DNA from: Halorarum halobium
Lineage (GTDB): Archaea; Halobacteriota; Halobacteria; Halobacteriales; Haloferacaceae
Direction of reading: 5' to 3'
Assembly (NCBI RefSeq): GCF_032116555.1
Contig: NZ_CP134949.1
Span: 1,984,001 to 2,048,000, forward strand
DNA length: 64,000 nucleotides
The position numbers were made by a program, and so were the translations under genes. Under the pieces are notes generated by a model. The model saw nothing but the letters and a program-made list of their open reading frames with translations, was not told where the DNA came from and made no database searches. Numbering within the stretch: the first letter of the stretch is position 1; every line of letters starts with the position of its first letter. Below are positions 59,461-64,000 of this stretch, piece by piece.

Positions 59461-59726
59461 GCCGTCCCGACCTCGTCTTCGAGGGCCGCCACCCGCTCGC
59501 GCAGCCGCCGGAGTTCGGTCTCGTGTGCGACCAGCAGCGAGAGGACGAGCGCCTCGGTCGGGTCCGGCGGGTTTCGCATGCCGGCTGCTGCCGCGTGGTC
59601 GGCCGCCCGCTCGAACAGCCGGTCGAAGTCCGCCCGGTGCTGCCGTCGGAGCGCGCGGCGGTACGGTGCCCACTCGGCCTCGTAGGCCTCCAGAAAGTTC
59701 CGGTAGGTGGGGTTCGTTCGGCCCAT
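59457..59726 (-). CDS. Small helical protein of the PolB2 operon
   Basis: MGRTNPTYR ... YRRALRR ... FDRLF; stop overlaps the polB2 GTG. Confidence 0.85.
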   Translation of the reverse strand: MGRTNPTYRNFLEAYEAEWAPYRRALRRQHRADFDRLFERAADHAAAAGMRNPPDPTEALVLSLLVAHETELRRLRERVAALEDEVGTA

Positions 59727-59793
59727 CAGCGGCCCTCCCGCCGAACCTGTGTCCCGTCCGCCCGAACGAGCCGAGCCGCTCCCGGGAGTCGAC

Positions 59794-60465
59794 TCACGCG
59801 TTCACCCCGGGCGTCACCCCTGGTTCGCGCGGGACGATCCGACCGAGCAGGTCCACCCAGTAGGGGATGGTCGTCTGCCAGTAGCCGTCACGGTGGAAGC
59901 CCGAGGACGTGAAGCCGGGCGCGTCGTACGCCAGGCCGAGCCGGGTCCGTTCACAGTCGACGACCGTGTCGGCGGCGTCGACGACGCGCTCGGCGTGCGC
60001 GTCCTCGCCCGTCGTCGTGAGCAACACCGGGCAGTCGAACGCGGCGGCCAGTTCCGTCAGCACGGAGAGGCTCGCCTCGAGCAGGCGGTCGGCTTCGGCC
60101 CCCGGCACGTCGCCGTCGCGGTAAAGCGAGGCGGCGTTGGGGACGACGACGAGCCGCGTGCCCGGCCGGGCGGTCCCGGGGAGCCCCCGGACGAGTTCGT
60201 GGTGCTGGTAGGCGGTGAACGCCCGGGCCGCCATCAGCCCGGCGAGCATCCGTCGGGCGGGAACGTGATCGTACAGCAGTTGCGTCATCACCGCGTTGCG
60301 CGCGTCGATCCAGTAGGCCGGCCCGGACTCGTCCAGCAGCGTGTCGGCGACGAGCCGGTGGAGCGCCGGCGAGCGCGGGACGGGCGGGCGCAACACCGTC
60401 ACCCCCGGGTCCAGCGTCGGCAGGTCGCTCGTCGGCTCGGGCCGGGTCGGTGTCCGGTCGAACAT
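59794..60465 (-). CDS. Inactivated RecA/RadA-fold protein of the PolB2 operon
   Basis: YWIDARN, ARAFTAYQHHELV, WQTTIPYW; no Walker A motif. Confidence 0.75.
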   Translation of the reverse strand: MFDRTPTRPEPTSDLPTLDPGVTVLRPPVPRSPALHRLVADTLLDESGPAYWIDARNAVMTQLLYDHVPARRMLAGLMAARAFTAYQHHELVRGLPGTARPGTRLVVVPNAASLYRDGDVPGAEADRLLEASLSVLTELAAAFDCPVLLTTTGEDAHAERVVDAADTVVDCERTRLGLAYDAPGFTSSGFHRDGYWQTTIPYWVDLLGRIVPREPGVTPGVNA

Positions 60466-60685
60466 GTCCACTCCTCGAACTGCCTGCCCCAAAACCCCGA
60501 GCCGGACCACCACGACGGAAGTGAAACCCAGTTGACGAGGGGCGCCAGTTCGACGTACTGCGGTTTTCCGTCCGGGAACCGTCGACTCGCCGGGCGAAAC
60601 TAAACGTCGGTATCGGTCCCCATCGGGTCAGTATCGTGATCGCACGGACCATCGCTCGTGTCCGGTCGCTCACTCGCCCGACGAC

Positions 60686-62044
60686 TCACTCGCGCGTCGC
60701 GTCGATGCGCGCCGCGACCTCGTCGCCGGCGACGACGCCGCCGTTGAGGCTCCGTTCCGGGTACTGCGCGCGGGAGGCCATGCCGGCGTAGTAGAGCCCG
60801 TCGGCCACCTCCTCGCCCAGATCGTACGGGACGACGAGGTCGAGGTACCCCCGCTCGTAGACGGGGGCCGCACGCGGCGCGCGAGCGAGGCGGAACTCGC
60901 TCACTGCGTCGGGGTCGAACTGCGGGAACAGGTCGGCGATGCCGTCCAGCCAGCGCTCCTCGATCTCGTCGTCGGTCGCGTCCCAGAGCCACTCGTCGGG
61001 CGACTGGACGTAACTGGCGACGTAGAGCAGGTGGTCGCCGCCGTAGCGCTCGGGCGGGACGAAGTTCGTGTGCTCGATGAGCGCGCCGAAGGGGGCTTCG
61101 TCGGCGACGTTGAGCCAGTACGTGTCGGTCAGCGACTCGTCCATCGTCACGACCGCACAGACCGCGCCCTGGAACTCCACGTCGCAGGCGTAGCCGGTGA
61201 GGTCCTCCAGCACGTTCGGCATCGTCGCGACGACGACGTCCTCGACCGCCTCGACGCGGGTTTCGGTCCCGCCGTCCGGGACTCCCTCGACGCCGGCTCT
61301 GGCCGCCGATTCGACCGTGATCTCCGAGACCGCGCCGTCCTCGGTGGCGAGTTCGGTGACGCGGGCGTTCGTCTCGATGTTGTCGCGCCCGACGGCGTCG
61401 ACGAGCGCGTCGAGCAGCACGCGGAAGCCGCCGTCGAAGTAGCCCAGGACCTCCCCGCGCAGGAGGTCGCGCTCGCCGCGGAACTTGATGCGCCCGAGCA
61501 GCCACGCGGCGCTCACCTCGTCCTTCCGGGAGCCGAACTTCGCGTCCAGCAGCGGGTCGAAGAACGTCTCGTACACGTTCTCGGTCGTGTGCTCCTTCGC
61601 GAACTCGACGGCCGACTGGTGCTCGAACTCCTCGAGGGTCTCGTAGGTGTCGAAGGAGGGGATTCCGCCCCGTACGTCGACGTCGAGGGTGAGCATCCCG
61701 AGCCGGAACTTGTCGTAGATGCTCCAGTGCGGAAACGCGAGGATCTCCCAGGGCGTGTCCATCGGGTGGACGACGCCGTCGACGTAGTAGGCGTTCTTCC
61801 CGACGAGCCACTCCAGGTCGTCGCCGACGCCCAGTTCATCCGCGAGTTCGACGATGGTCTCCTCGGACTTCGAGAGGTGGTGGTAGAACTGTTCGAGGTC
61901 GTCGCCGGCGGTCGGGTAGGTGCGCGCCAGGCCCCCGAGCGCCTCCGGGCCGCCGGCCTCGAACACGCGGACCTCGTGGCCGCGCTCGCGGAGCCGGTAG
62001 GCGGCCGTCAGCCCCGCGATGCCGCCCCCGACGATGGCAATCAT
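60686..62044 (-). CDS. FAD-dependent oxidoreductase (amine oxidase / protoporphyrinogen oxidase superfamily)
   Basis: IVGGGIAGL, FEAGG, LGGLA, EQFYHH, YPERSLNG. Confidence 0.9.
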   Translation of the reverse strand: MIAIVGGGIAGLTAAYRLRERGHEVRVFEAGGPEALGGLARTYPTAGDDLEQFYHHLSKSEETIVELADELGVGDDLEWLVGKNAYYVDGVVHPMDTPWEILAFPHWSIYDKFRLGMLTLDVDVRGGIPSFDTYETLEEFEHQSAVEFAKEHTTENVYETFFDPLLDAKFGSRKDEVSAAWLLGRIKFRGERDLLRGEVLGYFDGGFRVLLDALVDAVGRDNIETNARVTELATEDGAVSEITVESAARAGVEGVPDGGTETRVEAVEDVVVATMPNVLEDLTGYACDVEFQGAVCAVVTMDESLTDTYWLNVADEAPFGALIEHTNFVPPERYGGDHLLYVASYVQSPDEWLWDATDDEIEERWLDGIADLFPQFDPDAVSEFRLARAPRAAPVYERGYLDLVVPYDLGEEVADGLYYAGMASRAQYPERSLNGGVVAGDEVAARIDATRE

Positions 62045-62147
62045 GCCACGGAGTCGGCGCGGGCGGGCTAAGTCGCTTGTGGATGCTGCTCGGACAGGGC
62101 GTGGTGGTCCGTGCTCTCGACTACGGTCCTCGTTCGACCGTCGCTTC

Positions 62148-62532
62148 CACCGCCTCGAAAGCCCCCGCGGCCGTCGGCTCGGTGCGGCCGCTGTCGTTCG
62201 AAAATCGAAGAGTTTCGTGATGCTGTCGGATTCCGACGGAATCCGACCGCTGACGGGAAACCGTCGGTTTCCCGTACTGACGAACGGCGCTCGCGCCCTG
62301 CGGTGCTTGACGGTCCGCGCCAAATAGCTCAACCGTCCAATGCGGTCGGCGCGTGCCGACGGGCCTCCGTTCACGCGAGCGAGCCTGCGAGCGAGGGTGA
62401 TCTCACGAGACCGCAGGTCTCGGGGAGTGCCCGCCGGATGCGCGCGAGGGATGAGTCGGGGAGACGAGCGAAGCGAGTCGATCGAGCGAATCGGCTGGGG
62501 AGCCGAGCGCCGCGGGAGGGTTTCGAAGGGTG
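62148..62532. mobile_element. MITE/REP-like element, copy C, about 385 bp with imperfect terminal inverted repeats
   Basis: Left end CACCGCCTCGAAAGCCCCCGCGGCCGTCGGCTC resembles the reverse complement of the right end; several perfect internal hairpins; no credible ORF. Confidence 0.55.
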
Positions 62533-62676
62533 CGGCACGATAGAGCGCCTGAACCAGAAGCCGAGAGCCGCTGGAACTTCCGGGATCACGGCACCCGAAC
62601 GGAAACTGACCACCTCGGATCCGAACCATGATCGCGGCACGCTTTTCCCACCCCGAGCGAAACCACGAAGCAGTAA

Positions 62677-63579
<903 letters not shown>

Positions 63580-63605
63580 GGGTCGACCCGATGCTCGCCC
63601 GACGC

Positions 63606-64000
63606 TCAGAAGTCCAGCCCGCGCGGCGCGGCCGACGGCGCGAGCGGGCTGGCAGGCAGCCGAGCGGGCACGTCGGGATCGTTGTACGCGCCCGGCGCGA
63701 CGTCGTTCGGGCCCTCGGGGTAGAACAGCGACGCGAGCAGGTGGAGGTGCGACCGGCCGACGCCGAGTTCGAACTGGCCGCCGCCGTACAGCGAGACGTC
63801 CCGCTCCGCCGCCCACTCCAGCGTCTCGAACAGCGACTCGATCGACCCGAACCGTGATGGTTTGACGTTCAGCCACCGCGGCTCGAACGGCAGCGACTCG
63901 ACGCTGTCGACGCCCGTGATGGGGTAGTCCCACGAGACGCGGCCCTCCTCGCCCTCGAAGACCGGGCGCGTCTCGTCGGTGAGGTTCGGGTCCTCCAGGA
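63606..64000 (-). CDS. Enolase-superfamily-like protein, 3' part only
   Basis: Manual translation LEDP..VSWDYPI..LNVKPSRFGS..YGGGQFELGVGR; stop at 63606; start lies outside the window. Confidence 0.7.
   Translation of the reverse strand, partial: LEDPNLTDETRPVFEGEEGRVSWDYPITGVDSVESLPFEPRWLNVKPSRFGSIESLFETLEWAAERDVSLYGGGQFELGVGRSHLHLLASLFYPEGPNDVAPGAYNDPDVPARLPASPLAPSAAPRGLDF

Noticed and set aside
62317..62352. GCGCCAAATAGCTCAACCG resembles a tRNA 5' end
   Set aside because: No T-loop or anticodon arm follows; it is part of the repeat element.

Overview
GC-rich, acidic-proteome haloarchaeal (Halobacteria) chromosomal segment. It is mostly core genome: dnaG (partial), pyk, nfeD/stomatin, aglD-like glycosyltransferase, TFB, the archaeal DKFP-type shikimate genes with aroD, trpCBA, lonB, nadM, thermosome, pdxS, thrB, tRNA-Ile(GAU) and mptA. 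I found no integrase, transposase or CRISPR array. The most notable items are: (1) a three-gene cassette (inactive RadA-like protein, small helical protein, PolB2-type polymerase) preceded by a 9/11 match to the haloarchaeal UV-box; (2) a coupled YqcI/YcgG heme-enzyme plus cysteine-hydrolase pair; (3) at least three copies of a hairpin-rich intergenic repeat, one with imperfect terminal inverted repeats; (4) a wHTH regulator with a Tat-like leader; (5) an uncharacterised radical SAM-TRAM-HhH enzyme; (6) a CARF-like DUF6293 regulator. Family and DUF assignments come from recognising motifs by eye, not from database searches. Many start codons were re-chosen by eye from the ORF track.
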